Positions 47,190 to 58,700 of a stretch of DNA of 64,000 nucleotides are shown in pieces; position 1 is the first letter of the stretch, and every line of letters begins with the position of its first letter. The stretch covers positions 4,401,360 through 4,465,359 of the forward strand of contig NC_043019.1 of assembly GCF_006345805.1 (NCBI RefSeq), written 5' to 3'. This DNA is from Octopus sinensis (Eukaryota). The notes beneath the pieces were generated by a model. That model did not search any database and was not told the origin of the DNA. It saw nothing but the letters and a program-made list of their open reading frames with translations. Both the position numbers and the translations under genes were made by a program.

Positions 47190-47945
47190 AAATTGAATCC
47201 AGAACTGGAAAGGTTAGTTCTATTTTTGGTATTGCTGAAAGTGAAAGTCAATATATACAAGTCGGTAGTTTTGACATCGTTGCTTTATGGTGCTGAATCC
47301 TGAACTCTGTACTGAGAGCACATCAAGCAGCTTGAAGCTTTTCATATGCAATGCTTGCATACTATGTGCAACATAAAACCAAGGGACCATATTTGTAATA
47401 GAGAGGTGCTAACAGAATGCAACATATCAGGTATTGAAGCCCTCCCCATCAAAATACAGCTTAGATGGTCAGGTCATCCCTCACGTATGAGTGATAACAG
47501 AATTCCAAAGTAATGCCTCTTTAGCCAGTTCCCAACAGGAAGGTCATATGGAGGGCCACTCTTGTGCTTCAAAGACGATCTGAAGCAATACAACGTTCCC
47601 TCCTTTTAATCCTGGGAAAACAAAACATCAGAAGGCAGAACCTGGTGCCAATCCTGCTTCTCCTCAGCTCAAAGATTTGAGCAAAGTCAACCCCAACATT
47701 GGGACCAACTTCATGCAAGCATGAAGGGCAGGTAGGCAAAACGCTGCTAATTTGAATGAAAGCCTTACCTGTCATTGTGGTTCTGTACCATGGAGCAAAG
47801 CAAGCCTCGCCACCCACTCAAGAAAACATGTAGTAAATGATCCACAAGCACTCAAGCAAACTGAGCCCTCAACTTGTTCCATTTACCAAAAGGTTTGCAA
47901 GGCACCAGCTGGCCCCAGAAAACACATCTGCATCAAAAGAACATG
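47190..47945 (+). mobile_element. Decayed BovB-like RTE ORF2 C-terminus with a terminal C2H2-like motif
   Basis: IYKSVVLTSLLYGAES*TL..KQLEAFHMQCL..QLRWSGH..RMSDNRIPK, and CHCG..SKASLATHSRKH. Confidence 0.75.
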
Positions 47946-47996
47946 ATTAATGCTTTATTTTATTAAACCCTCATTTGTTGCTCATGGCAAGAGAAT

Positions 47997-48036
<40 letters not shown>

Positions 48037-48038
<2 letters not shown>

Positions 48039-48282
48039 GGAGTAAACACATAAATGTGAAACAAGGTGGAAAAAAGAGTACTCAAATACCAGTGGTAGAG
48101 TAATATGCTTTATTTAAAGCAGCAGAAAATTCAACAAAACCTGTTACTCTGAGTTTCACGTTGCCGTTCATCGGACAGTTTTTGCTAGAAAAAACTAGAT
48201 TCTAGCAAAAACTGTCCGATGAACGGCAACGTGAAACTCAGAGTAACAGGTTTTGTTGAATTTTCTGCTGCTTTAAATAAAG
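48037..48282. repeat. Second copy of the hammerhead-bearing palindrome (83-bp arms 48108-48190 / 48200-48282)
   Basis: Homologous to 5791-6013. Hammerhead motifs at 48141-48178 (-) and 48212-48249 (+), both with a CCGATGA core. Confidence 0.9.
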
Positions 48283-48299
48283 TATATATATATATATAT

Positions 48300-48329
<30 letters not shown>

Positions 48330-48330
<1 letters not shown>

Positions 48331-48705
48331 GGCGCAGGAGTGGCTGTGTGGTAAGTAGCTTGCTAACCAACCACACGGTTGCGGGTTCAGTCCCACTGCG
48401 TGGCATCTTGGGCAAGTGTCTTCTGCTATAGCCCCAGGCCGACCAATGCCTTGTGAGTGGATTTGGTAGACGGAAACTGAAAGAAGCCTGTCGTATATAT
48501 GTATATATATGTATATGTGTGTGTGTTTGTGTGTCTGTGTTTGTCCCCCAAGCATTGCTTGACAACCGATGCTGGTGTGTTTACGTCCCTGTTACTTAGC
48601 GGTTCGGCAAAAAGAGACCGATAGAATAAGTACTAAAAGGTGGTGCTCCAGCATGGCCGCAGTCAAATGACTGAAACAAGTAAAAGAGAAAGAGAGTAAA
48701 GAGTA
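48330..48705 (+). mobile_element. Family A SINE
   Basis: Full head, with an internal deletion in the 3' half. Confidence 0.85.
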
Positions 48706-48709
48706 TATA

Positions 48710-48919
48710 CAGGGTGTCCTAGAAGTCGCACACCATTCTGGTTTTCATTTAAAATAATTAAAGCATTTTATTTATTTATATTTTTTCGGCATGTTTTATT
48801 GTAGAGGTTGCTCAATTTGAGCATTTGTTACGATTAATTTCAATAATGTGTTTTTGAAATCAGTAAGAGTGTATTCTTTTAAAAAACCCAGAGTGGTGCG
48901 CGACTTCTGAGACACCCTG
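48710..48919. mobile_element. Tc1/mariner-type MITE (210 bp)
   Basis: TA flanks. TIRs CAGGGTGTCCTAGAAGTCGCACACCA / TGGTGCGCGACTTCTGAGACACCCTG. Confidence 0.88.
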
Positions 48920-50063
48920 TATATATATATATACAACAAGAAATAATTTTTATCTCTTTTTATGGAAACAAAAAGGTTTATAGAACTTCAAAAAAAAGAA
49001 GTACTCAAATGTAATTGAGACAGAGATAAAGAAACATTAATCATAAAACAAACAGCAAATTCTAGTCAACGACTTTATATATAACACCATAACCTCCAAA
49101 CATTTGAGAACATATATATATCACCATGGTTCTTAAACATATAAGGTATGCATATATAAAAAACACAGAAGGTATATTTGCGAATTAAAATACAGATTTA
49201 TAGAATGGCCGATCTAAATGGTAAATACAATCAACTAAAAATTCTAAAGCGTGTAATGCTACTAAAAATCTAAATAAAATAAAATATGATATCAATCGAC
49301 TAAAAAAATTTTCTCACTCCCCTCAAACAAAAGAGTACGTCAAAAAAGTTCATTTCATAAAAATCCATGGTAGGTTAGAGTCCAGGATCAAAAAGAGTTC
49401 CACAAAATCAAGTCAAACACACCTATGGCCATTTTGGGAGTTCATTGCTGCAGTTCAATTATGTGGGATGACGTCAGCAGCTGGGGAGCTGACCAGAAGG
49501 GGCTGACTGGAAGGGGCAGCCGGGACGCGTGCGCAGCGAGCGGGCATTTCTGCCTTTTCAAGTCAGGTCGTCGAGGGGTTAAGACGGGTGATCACGTTGT
49601 TAAGTTTGGGTGAAGCAGCTGCTATCTCTAGCGTTTGGGTCGGGCTGTATCGAAGGATCTGTTACCACTGAAGGGTCTCCATCTGAGCGAAGAGAAGGTA
49701 GGTGCTTTTATTTCGAATCTCTCGCACACACCACAAAGATGGGCTTCTTTCAGTTTCCATCTACCAAGTCCACTCACAAGGCTTTGGTTGGCCTGAGGCT
49801 ATAATGAGTGCTGGAGTCTTTTACAGTTAAAGTGCATCTTGGCAATGACCCCCTCATCAGGATGAACAGGAAACTCAAACAAAAAGTTCATTCAATGCCG
49901 CATGGCTAATTTAAAGGTAATAATCCATCACAGGACCAGTCGAAATTTCCTAACACACTCAAAAAACCCAAAAAAAACCCAATTATTTCATTGCTAATCA
50001 TGCAGGAGGCTGTGTTAATAGGAACTTTAACTATCCAGTTTCAAAACCCCGTAAAACTAAATA

Positions 50064-51141
50064 TTATTTACCACATCTAATTTGACTTCTATACACTTTC
50101 AGAAAAGTAGAAGAAAACTTATGGTTGCAAAAGGGGATCACCTCTGTAAATATATTTAATGTTTTAGGCCCAAAGGATTTAAGGATGGCAAGAGATTCCC
50201 TCATAAATAACTTACACTTGTTAATATTAACTCTGAAATAAGTGGCCCTCGATATAACAGACCATTCAAGAGAATAACTTTTATTATTTCTCTTTAAACC
50301 ATGTATATAAGAGGCAAGTGTAGTGGAGTTACAATATTTTTCATTCAAAAAGGAATTCATGTGGGCCTTATATCTAGCCTTAAATTAACAGTACAGCCTA
50401 TATAAAACCTATCCAAATTGCTCTTGTTCAAAAAGGAATTCATGTGGGCCTTATACCTAGCCTTAAATTAACAGTACAGCCTATATAAAACCTATCCAAA
50501 TTAATCTCGTTCAAAAAGTACTGCCTATATGAAACCTATCCAAATTACTCTCGTTCAAAAAGGAATTCATGTGGGCCTTATACCTAGCCTTAAAATTAAC
50601 AGTACAGCCTATATAAAACCTATACAAATTACTCTCGTTCAAAAAGGAATTCATGTAGGCCTTATACCTAGCCTTAAAATTAACAGTACTGCCTATATGA
50701 AACCTATACAAATTACTCTCGTTCAAAAAGGAATTCATACGGGCCTTATACCTAGCCTTAAAATTAACAGTACAGCCTATATAAAACCTATACAAATTAC
50801 TCTCGTTCAAAAAGGAATTCATGTAGGCCTTATACCTAGCCTTAAAATTAACAGTACTGCCTATATGAAACCTATACAAATTACTCTCGTTCAAAAAGGA
50901 ATTCATACGGGCCTTATACCTAGCCTTAAAATTAACAGTACAGCCTATATAAAACCTATCCAAATTACTCTCGTTCAAAAAGGAATTCATGTGGGCCTTA
51001 TACCTAGCCTTAAAATTAACAGTACAGCCTATATAAAACCTATACAAATTACTCTCGTTCAAAAAGGAATTCATGTGGGCCTTATACCTAGCCTTAAAAT
51101 TAACAGTACTGCCTATATAAAACCTATCCAAATTACTCTCC
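50064..51141 (-). mobile_element. Penelope-like GIY-YIG endonuclease remnant whose YIG segment is tandemly amplified
   Basis: ..YIGCTVNFKARYKAHMNSFLNEKYCNSTTLASYIHGLKRNNKSYSLEWSVISRA..NKCKL..ESLAIL. Confidence 0.85.
50345..51141. repeat. 84-bp minisatellite, about 9.5 copies
   Basis: AAAAAGGAATTCAT recurs at about 50347, 50430, 50557, 50641, 50725, 50809, 50893, 50977 and 51061. Confidence 0.95.
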
Positions 51142-51162
51142 TCTTTAACGCATTTATATATA

Positions 51163-51500
51163 GCACTAGCAGTATCGCCCGGCGTTGCTCAGGTTTGTAA
51201 GGGAAATAACTATAAAGCATTTTTAGAGAGTTATAGCCAAAAAATAGCAAAAAAATGGAAAAAAAATTATGGTAAATTTTTTTTGAGAGTTAAAAAAGGT
51301 GGAGTTGCGTCCCCTAGACGGTCTGTGGTTTGGTTTTCTGATTCTCGACCCCATGTCGAATTTATCGATTTTTTTCAGAACTGGGGGAACTTTTCAAAAT
51401 TTTCTCTGCGTTAGTTTTGAATTATGACATTGGGCTATGTGTGTGTCAAGTTTCATCAGAATCGGTTGAAAGCCGTGGTCAGGGTGAGGGTACAACCTGA
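51163..51500 (-). mobile_element. Non-autonomous Helitron/Helentron-like element
   Basis: Minus-strand 3' end ..GAGCAACGCCGGGCGATACTGCTAGT. Internal AAGTTTCATCAGAATCGGTTGA motif of the DINE/HINE type. Confidence 0.6.
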
Positions 51501-51845
51501 AGAATAGTGTTATTGGACACTCAGGAAAGGAAAGAAAGAAGGAGGATTTAATGTGTTGAGCGGAGCTCTTCGTCAGAAACACAGAAAAAGGAAAGGTTCA
51601 AGGAAAAAAAAGACGGAGAAAGAAAATCGCCAACAATACACACGCAGTCACATGTATGTATGTGTGTATGTATGTAGCCCAGTTACAACTACAGCCGGCT
51701 ATTACCAGTAAAGGTTTTAGTTGCCAATTTTGTACAAGACATTGTAGATCTTTAGCTGGGCTAAAAAGTCACATTCGATCACAGCACCAGTAATAGTTAA
51801 GTTTCGTGCAATGGCCATACTTGATAACGAGGAGGCAGCCATAAC

Positions 51846-52309
51846 ATGTATGTATGTATGTATGTAATGGTGTGTGTGTATGTATGTATGTATGTATGTA
51901 TGAATGTATGTAAGTATGTATGAATGTATGTATGTATGTATGAATGTATGTAAGTATGTATGAATGTATGTATGTATGTGTGTATGTATGTAATGTATGT
52001 ATGTATTTATGTATGTAATGTATGTATGTAATGTATGTATGTAATGTATGTAATGTATGTATGTATGTAATGTATGTAATGTATGTATGTATGTAATGTA
52101 TGTATGTATGTATGTATGTAATGTATGTAATGTATGTATGTATGTATGTATGTATGTAATGTATGTATGTATGTATGTATGTAATGTATGTATGTATGTA
52201 ATGTATGTATGTATGTAATGTATGTATGTATGTAATGTATGTATGTATGTAATGTATGTTATGTATGTATGTATGTATGTAATGTATGTATGTATGTAAT
52301 GTATGTATG

Positions 52310-52340
<31 letters not shown>

Positions 52341-52358
52341 TGTATGTATGTATGTATG

Positions 52359-52389
<31 letters not shown>

Positions 52390-52420
52390 TGTATGTATGT
52401 ATGTATGTATGTATGTAATG

Positions 52421-52451
<31 letters not shown>

Positions 52452-52637
52452 TGGTGTGTGTGTATGTATGTATGTATGTATGTATGTAAGTATGTATGAA
52501 TGTATGTATGTATGTATGTATGTATGTGTGTATGTATGTAATGTATGTATTTATGTATGTAATGTATGTATGTAATGTATGTATGTAATGTATGTAATGT
52601 ATGTATGTATGTAATGTATGTAATGTATGTATGTATG

Positions 52638-52668
<31 letters not shown>

Positions 52669-52806
52669 TGTATGTAATGTATGTATGTATGTAATGTATG
52701 TATGTATGTAATGTATGTATGTATGTATGTATGTATGTAATGTATGTATGTATGTATGTATGTAATGTATGTAATGTATGTATGTATGTAATGTATGTAT
52801 GTAATG

Positions 52807-52837
<31 letters not shown>

Positions 52838-53030
52838 TGTATGTATGTATGTATGTATGTAATGTATGTAATGTATGTAATGTATGTATGTATGTAATGT
52901 ATGTATGTATGTAATGTATGTATGTATGTATGTATGTAATGTATGTAATGTATGTATGTATGTAATGTATGTATGTATGTAATGTATGTATGTATGTAAT
53001 GTATGTATGTATGTAATGTATGTATGTATG

Positions 53031-53071
<41 letters not shown>

Positions 53072-53140
53072 TGTATGTATGTATGTATGTATGTAATGTT
53101 TGTATGTAATGTATGTATGTGTGTATGTATGTATGTATAC
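51846..53140. repeat. ~1.3-kb (TATG)n microsatellite with regular TAATG interruptions
   Basis: Direct inspection. Source of the 499-aa H/T/Y/I pseudo-ORF. Confidence 0.97.
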
Positions 53141-53609
53141 ATACTTTCCTGCCTGCATGCATTTATACATACATACATACATATATACACATATATGAAT
53201 ATATACAGACACACACACACATTAGCAATGCATCCCAGCGTTGCCCGGGTATTATGATATACAGCCATATTGTATTATTGGTTCCTTTCTTAAGGGCAGA
53301 ATCGGTACAGCTGATATATAATGAAATGGATTACTGGTGTAATGGAAGTTATTGTTTGTTTAAAAGTGAAGTGGGGGGGAGGGTAGAATTTTAATGGGTT
53401 TGCATGAAAGTGCTTTCTGTTCTTAAAAAAGGTCACAAAATACGTATTGTTTCATCCTATAAAAGAGGGGTTAATACAATTTTGCCCTGAAATCATAATT
53501 TCAAAATTTTAGTTTCCACCCAACCCCCCTGCAATTTTTTAATTTGTTAACATTTTTAAGAGTTTTTTTTTATCCATGTAGAAAAATATAGGGATTATGA
53601 ATCTGGGAG

Positions 53610-54027
53610 CTCCTTTACTCCTTTACTTGTTTCAGTCATTTGACTGCGGCCATGCTCGAGCACCACCTTTTAGTCGAGCAACTCGACCCCGGGACTTATT
53701 CTTTTTTTTGTAAGCCCAGTACTTATTCTATCGGTCTCTTTTTGCCAAACCGCTAAGTAACGGGGATGTAAACACACCAGCATCGGTTGTCAAGCAATGC
53801 TAGGGGAACAAACACAGACACACAAACACACAAGCACATACACATACATACATATACATATATACGACAGGCTTCTTTCAGTTTCCGTCTACCAAATCCA
53901 CTCACAAGGCATTGGTCGGCCCGGGGCTATAGCAGAAGACACTTGCCCAAGATGCCACGCAGTGGGACTGAACCCAGAACCATGTGGATGGTTAACAAGC
54001 TACTTACCACACAGCCACTCCTGCGCC
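53610..54027 (-). mobile_element. Family A SINE, full length
   Basis: Head and tail present. Confidence 0.85.
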
Positions 54028-54222
54028 TAATGTATATTTTTTTTTTAAAGTTTAATTTTTCTTAAAGAAACACTCAGTGCCCCTTCCCCCCGCCTCACAC
54101 ACCCATCACCTACCCACTTTCAAAAAGCTAAAAAGATTGAACTTGGAATCTTGGGGTTAAGAGCGCTGGCTACTAACCCAAGATTCTGAGTTCGATTCCA
54201 AGCAGTGACCTGAATAATAATA

Positions 54223-55400
54223 ATCATCATCATCATCATCATTTAGCGTGCGTTCTCCATGCTAGCATGGGTTGGACGGGTCAACTGGGGTCTGGGAAGC
54301 TGGAAGACTTCGTCAGGCCCAGTCAGATCTGGCAGTGTTTCTTCGGCTGGATGCCCTTCCTAACGCCAACCACTCCGCGAGTGTAGTGGGTGTTTTTTAC
54401 GTGCCACCAGCACAGGTGCCAGACAGAGCTGGCAAACGGCCACGAACGGATGGTGCTTTTACGTGTCACCGGCACGGGGCCAGGCAAGGCTGGCAACGAA
54501 CACGAACGGATGGTGCTTTTACGTGCCACTGACACGGGGGCCAGACAGAGCTGGCAAACGGCCACGAGCGAATGGTGCTTTTACGTATCACCGACACGGG
54601 TGCCAAACGAGGCTGACAGCGGACACGAACGGATGGGTCACTTAACCCCTGCTTTCTGATATATGAATTGATTTTGATTGTTCTCACTGGTCTTGCCGGG
54701 TCTTCTGATGCACAGCATACTTCCATAGGTCTCGGTCTCTGGTCATTTCCTTGGTGAGACCTAGAGTTCGAAGGTCATGCTTCACCACCTCGACCCAGGT
54801 TTTCCTGGGTCTACCTCTTCCACAGGTCCCCTCAACTGCCAGGGTGTGGCACTTTTTCACACACCTATCTTCATCCATTCTCGCCACATGACCATACCAG
54901 CGCAAACGTCTCTCTTGCACACAACATCTGATGCCTCTTAGGTCCAACTTTTCTCTCAAGGTACTTACACTGTCGACTATGAACACTGACATTACACATC
55001 CAACGGAGCATACTAGCTTCATTTCTCGCGAGCTTACGCATGTCCTCAGCAGTCACGGCCCATGTTTCACTGCCATGTAGCATGGCTGTTCATACACATG
55101 CATCATACAGTCTGCCTTTTACTCTGAGTGAGGGGCCTTTAGTCACCAACAGAGGTAAGAGCTCCCTAAACTTTGCCCAGGCTATTCTTACTCGAGCCGT
55201 TACACTTTCAGCACACCCACCCCCACTACTGACTTGGTCACCAAGATAACGGAAGCTATCAACTACTTCTAGTTTTTCCCCCTGGAAAGTGACGGAAGTT
55301 GTTTTCTGCAGATTTTCAGAGGTTAATGCTCCCGAGCATCTGCCACATACAAAAACCATCTTCCTAGTTAGCCTTCCTATGACATTTCTGCACCTCTTAT
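54223..55400 (-). mobile_element. 5'-truncated RTE LINE (ORF2 C-terminus, VNTR 3' UTR, (GAT)n tail)
   Basis: LEVVDSFRYLGDQVSSGGGCAESVTARVRIAWAKFRELL..GRGRPRKTWVEVVKHDL..DRDLWK. Confidence 0.92.
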
Positions 55401-55405
55401 GTGTC

Positions 55406-55477
<72 letters not shown>

Positions 55478-55541
55478 CAACAACAACAACGCCATCGAAA
55501 AATACCTTAGGAATGAGAAACCAGGTTTGAAATTTCGCAAA

Positions 55542-55587
55542 GACACCTGATGACAGCTGGAGGGTATATCAGCCGAAACGTTGTGTT
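55542..55587 (+). ncRNA. Minimal type I hammerhead motif (second family) in a Penelope-type fragment at about 55410-55670
   Basis: GACAC-CTGATGA-C-AGCTG GAGGGTATAT CAGCC-GAAA-CGTT-GTGTT. Palindromic AACGTT stem III; first stem II pair mismatched. Confidence 0.62.
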
Positions 55588-55685
55588 AACAACAAACAAG
55601 ATGGGGACGAATATCTGTCAGATGTAAATAACGTAAATAATTCCTCATCTCTTGAATATAGAACTGTAATATACAAATACATATG

Positions 55686-55940
55686 TGAAGGCGCATGGCT
55701 CAGTGGTTAAAGCGTTGAGCTTACGATCTCGAGATTGTGAGTTCGAATCCCCGACCAGGCTGTGCATTGTGTTCTTGAGCAAGACACTTTATTTCACGTT
55801 GCTCCAGTTCACTCAGCTGTAGGAATGAGTTGCGATGTCACAGGTGCCAAGCTGTATCGGCCCCTTTGCCTTTCCCTTGGATAACACTGGTGGCGTGGAG
55901 AGGGGAGGCTGGTATGCATGGGCGACTGCTGGTCTTCCAT
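55686..55940 (+). mobile_element. SINE family B, 3'-truncated
   Basis: Same body as 10281-10500. Confidence 0.8.
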
Positions 55941-56614
55941 AAACGGATGGTGCTTTTACGTGCCACCAACATGGGAGCCAGATAGAGCTGGCAAACGGCC
56001 ACGAAACGGATGGTGCTTTTACGTGTCACCGGCACGGGGGCCAGGCGAGGCTGGCAACGGACACGAACGGATGGTGCTTTTATGTGCCACCAACACGGGG
56101 GCCAGACAGAGCTGGCAAACGGCCACGAAACGGATGGTGCTTTTACGTGTCACCGGCACGGGGGCCAGGCGAGGCTGGCAACGGACACGAACGGATGGTG
56201 CTTTTACATGCCACTGACACGGGGCCAGACAGGGTTGGCAAACGGCCACGAATGGATGGTGTTTTTACGTGTCACCGGCACGGGGGTCAGACAGAGCTGG
56301 CAAACAGCCACGAATGGATGGTGCTTTTACGTGTCACCGGCACGGGGGCCAGGCGAGGCTGGCAACGAACATGAACGGATGGTGCTTTTACGTGCCACCG
56401 ACATGGGGGCCAGACAGGGCTGGCAAACGGCCACGAACGGATGGTGCTTTTACGTGTCACCTGCACGGGGGCCCTGATGTTGATCGACCTCAATTTGGTT
56501 CTGCTTTCTGATATATGTATTGATTTGGTTTGATTTTGATTTTGACTGTTTTCACTGGTCTTGCCGGGTTTTCTCACGCACAGCATACTTCCATAGGTCT
56601 CGGTCTCTGGTCAT
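55941..56614 (-). mobile_element. RTE ORF2 end plus an expanded 60/62-bp alternating VNTR (about 9 units, 55941-56470)
   Basis: (A/C)GGATGGTGCTTTTA(C/T)(G/A)TG recurs every 60-62 bp. 56500-56614 matches 54655-54750. Confidence 0.85.
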
Positions 56615-56624
56615 ATATATATAT

Positions 56625-57195
56625 ATCTTTCTCTTTTCTCTTTTACTTGTTTCAGTCATTTGACTGCGCCCATGCTGGAGCACCACCTTTAGTCGAGCAA
56701 ATCAACCCCGGGACTTATTCTTTGTAAGCCCAGTACTTATTCTATCGGTCTCTTTTTGCCGAACCGCTAAGTGACGGGGACGTAAACACACCAGCATCGG
56801 TTGTCAAGCAATGCTAGGGGGACAAACACAGATACACAAACACACATATATATATATATACATATATACGACAGGCTTCTTTCAGTTTCCGTCTACCAAA
56901 TCCACTCACAAGGCATTGGTCGGCCCGGGGCTATAGCAGAAGATACTTGCTCAAGATGCCACGCAGTGGGACTGAACTATATTTTTTTTTTTATTTAGTT
57001 TCAGCTCACAAGCTGTGGCCATATATATTATATGATGGGCTTCTTTTCAGTTTCCGTCTACCAAATCCACTCACAAGGCTTTGGTCGGCCTGAGGCTATA
57101 GTAGAAGATACTTGCCCAAAGGTGTCATGCAGTGGGAATGAACCTGGAACCATGTGGATGGTTGGTAAGCTACTTACCACACAGCCACTCCTGCG
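56625..57195 (-). mobile_element. Two adjacent family A SINE pieces
   Basis: 56625-56980 and 57030-57195. Confidence 0.8.
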
Positions 57196-57337
57196 CGCGC
57201 GTGTATACACACACACACACACACTCATACACACACACTCACACACACACATACATGGGCAGGCATGGTTGTGTAGTAAGAAGAATACTTTCCAACAGCA
57301 TGGTTCTGATTTTTTCTTTTAAACACACACACACATA

Positions 57338-57668
57338 CAGTTATCCCTCGCCATATCGCGGTTCGCCTAACCCAGTTCACTTATCACGGTTTATTATCTA
57401 AACTTACATCGATTCCGCCACGGCGTTGTTTAGCATTTATAATGGATTTTTTTCCCTTTTATTCTTTTCTTTTACTCGTTTCAGTCATTTGACTGCGGCC
57501 ATGCTGGAGCACTGCCTTTAGTCAAGCAAATCGACCCCGGGACTTATTCTTTGTAAGCTCAGTACTTATTCTATCGGTCTCTTTTTGCTGAACCGCTAAG
57601 TGACGGGGACGTAAACGCACCAGCATCGGTTGTCAAACAATGCTAGGGGGACAAACACGGACACACAA

Positions 57669-57709
<41 letters not shown>

Positions 57710-57994
57710 TACGACAGGCTTCTTTCAGTTTCCGTCTACCAAATCCACTCACAAGGCATTGGTCTGCCCGGGGCTATAGTAGAAGACACTTGCCCAAGAT
57801 GCCACGCAGTGGGACTGAACCCGGAACCATGTGGTTGGTTAGCAAGCTACTTACCACACAGCCACTCCTAATTACAAATTATAAAAATAATTTCAAAAAA
57901 TATATAGTGCCTACTGTTTCTACTTCGCGGAGTTTCACTTATCGCGGGGGTGTGGGACTTTGGAATGTGATCCTCGACAGTTGGGGGATTACCT
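57338..57994. mobile_element. pogo/Tigger-like MITE interrupted by a family A SINE (about 57465-57870, -)
   Basis: TA|CAGTTATCCCTCGCCATATCGCGG left end and a decayed right end ..GGGGGATTACCT|TA. Confidence 0.55.
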
Positions 57995-58439
57995 TATATA
58001 TATCTGAGTGTATGAGTGCGTGTGGGCACGGGTTTGTCCCCCACCCCCGACTGACGATCGGGGTTTGCGTTTACGTACCCGTAATCTAGCGGTTCGGCGA
58101 CGGAACCGATAAAATAAGTACCCGGCTTAAAGGAAAAAGACAACAAAATAAGTTTCGGGACTGATTCATTCAGCTAAAAGGCTTCGAGCTGGTGCCCCAG
58201 CATGGCCTCGGCCTTATGACTGAATCAAATAATGAAAGGTAAAAGATATATATACATCGCGGGGGTTGGGGAAGTGTGCGTGCGCGCGCACATATGTTAT
58301 AAAAAACATTGAGTCCAACAAAATGCGTTTTATTTCGTTCGGGAATACACCTTTTAATCAATTAAGCCTTAATTAAACCTGTTCTCAGTCAGAATTAGAT
58401 CTCCGGATGCTTAATTGCAGGAAGTTTTACTGTGCTCAC

Positions 58440-58700
58440 CTGAACACGTAACGTCGGCATTTGCCCAGAGTGTATATATGTTACACATAGTCATACACAC
58501 GCGTATATTTGTATTAAATATTGTTTGTATGTGAGTATACAGAGAGAGGGAGAGGGAGAAGAGGAGAGAGAGATAGATAGAGACCAAAGTGAACGTATCA
58601 ATTCAACACACTTCTATGTACACCTATGCGTATATATACTCCTATATAAAATATACACGCGTGTGTGTATTATATAGATGCACCTTTGGCTAAAGCACAC
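58440..58700 (-). promoter_or_regulatory. Candidate first (non-coding) exon and promoter region of the minus-strand gene
   Basis: Strong donor TTCAG|GTGAGC at 58440/58439 in unique, relatively CpG-retaining sequence. Upstream boundary unknown. Confidence 0.3.

Noticed and set aside
47769-47927. Minus-strand segment with a strong acceptor and donor (CAG|GTAAGG)
   Set aside because: All three frames are closed and it is the antisense of an RTE remnant. At most a cryptic non-coding exon.
49840-49950. Isolated CTGATGAG (minus strand) and GTCGAAATTTCC (plus strand)
   Set aside because: The core halves are on opposite strands or lack a partner, so no complete hammerhead fold can be drawn.
51769-53268. 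499-aa and 319-aa ORFs rich in H/T/Y/I
   Set aside because: Translations of the (TATG)n microsatellite. The same applies to the YIYI, CVCV, THTH and SLSL ORFs (for example 24691-25266, 32166-32835, 44800-45618).
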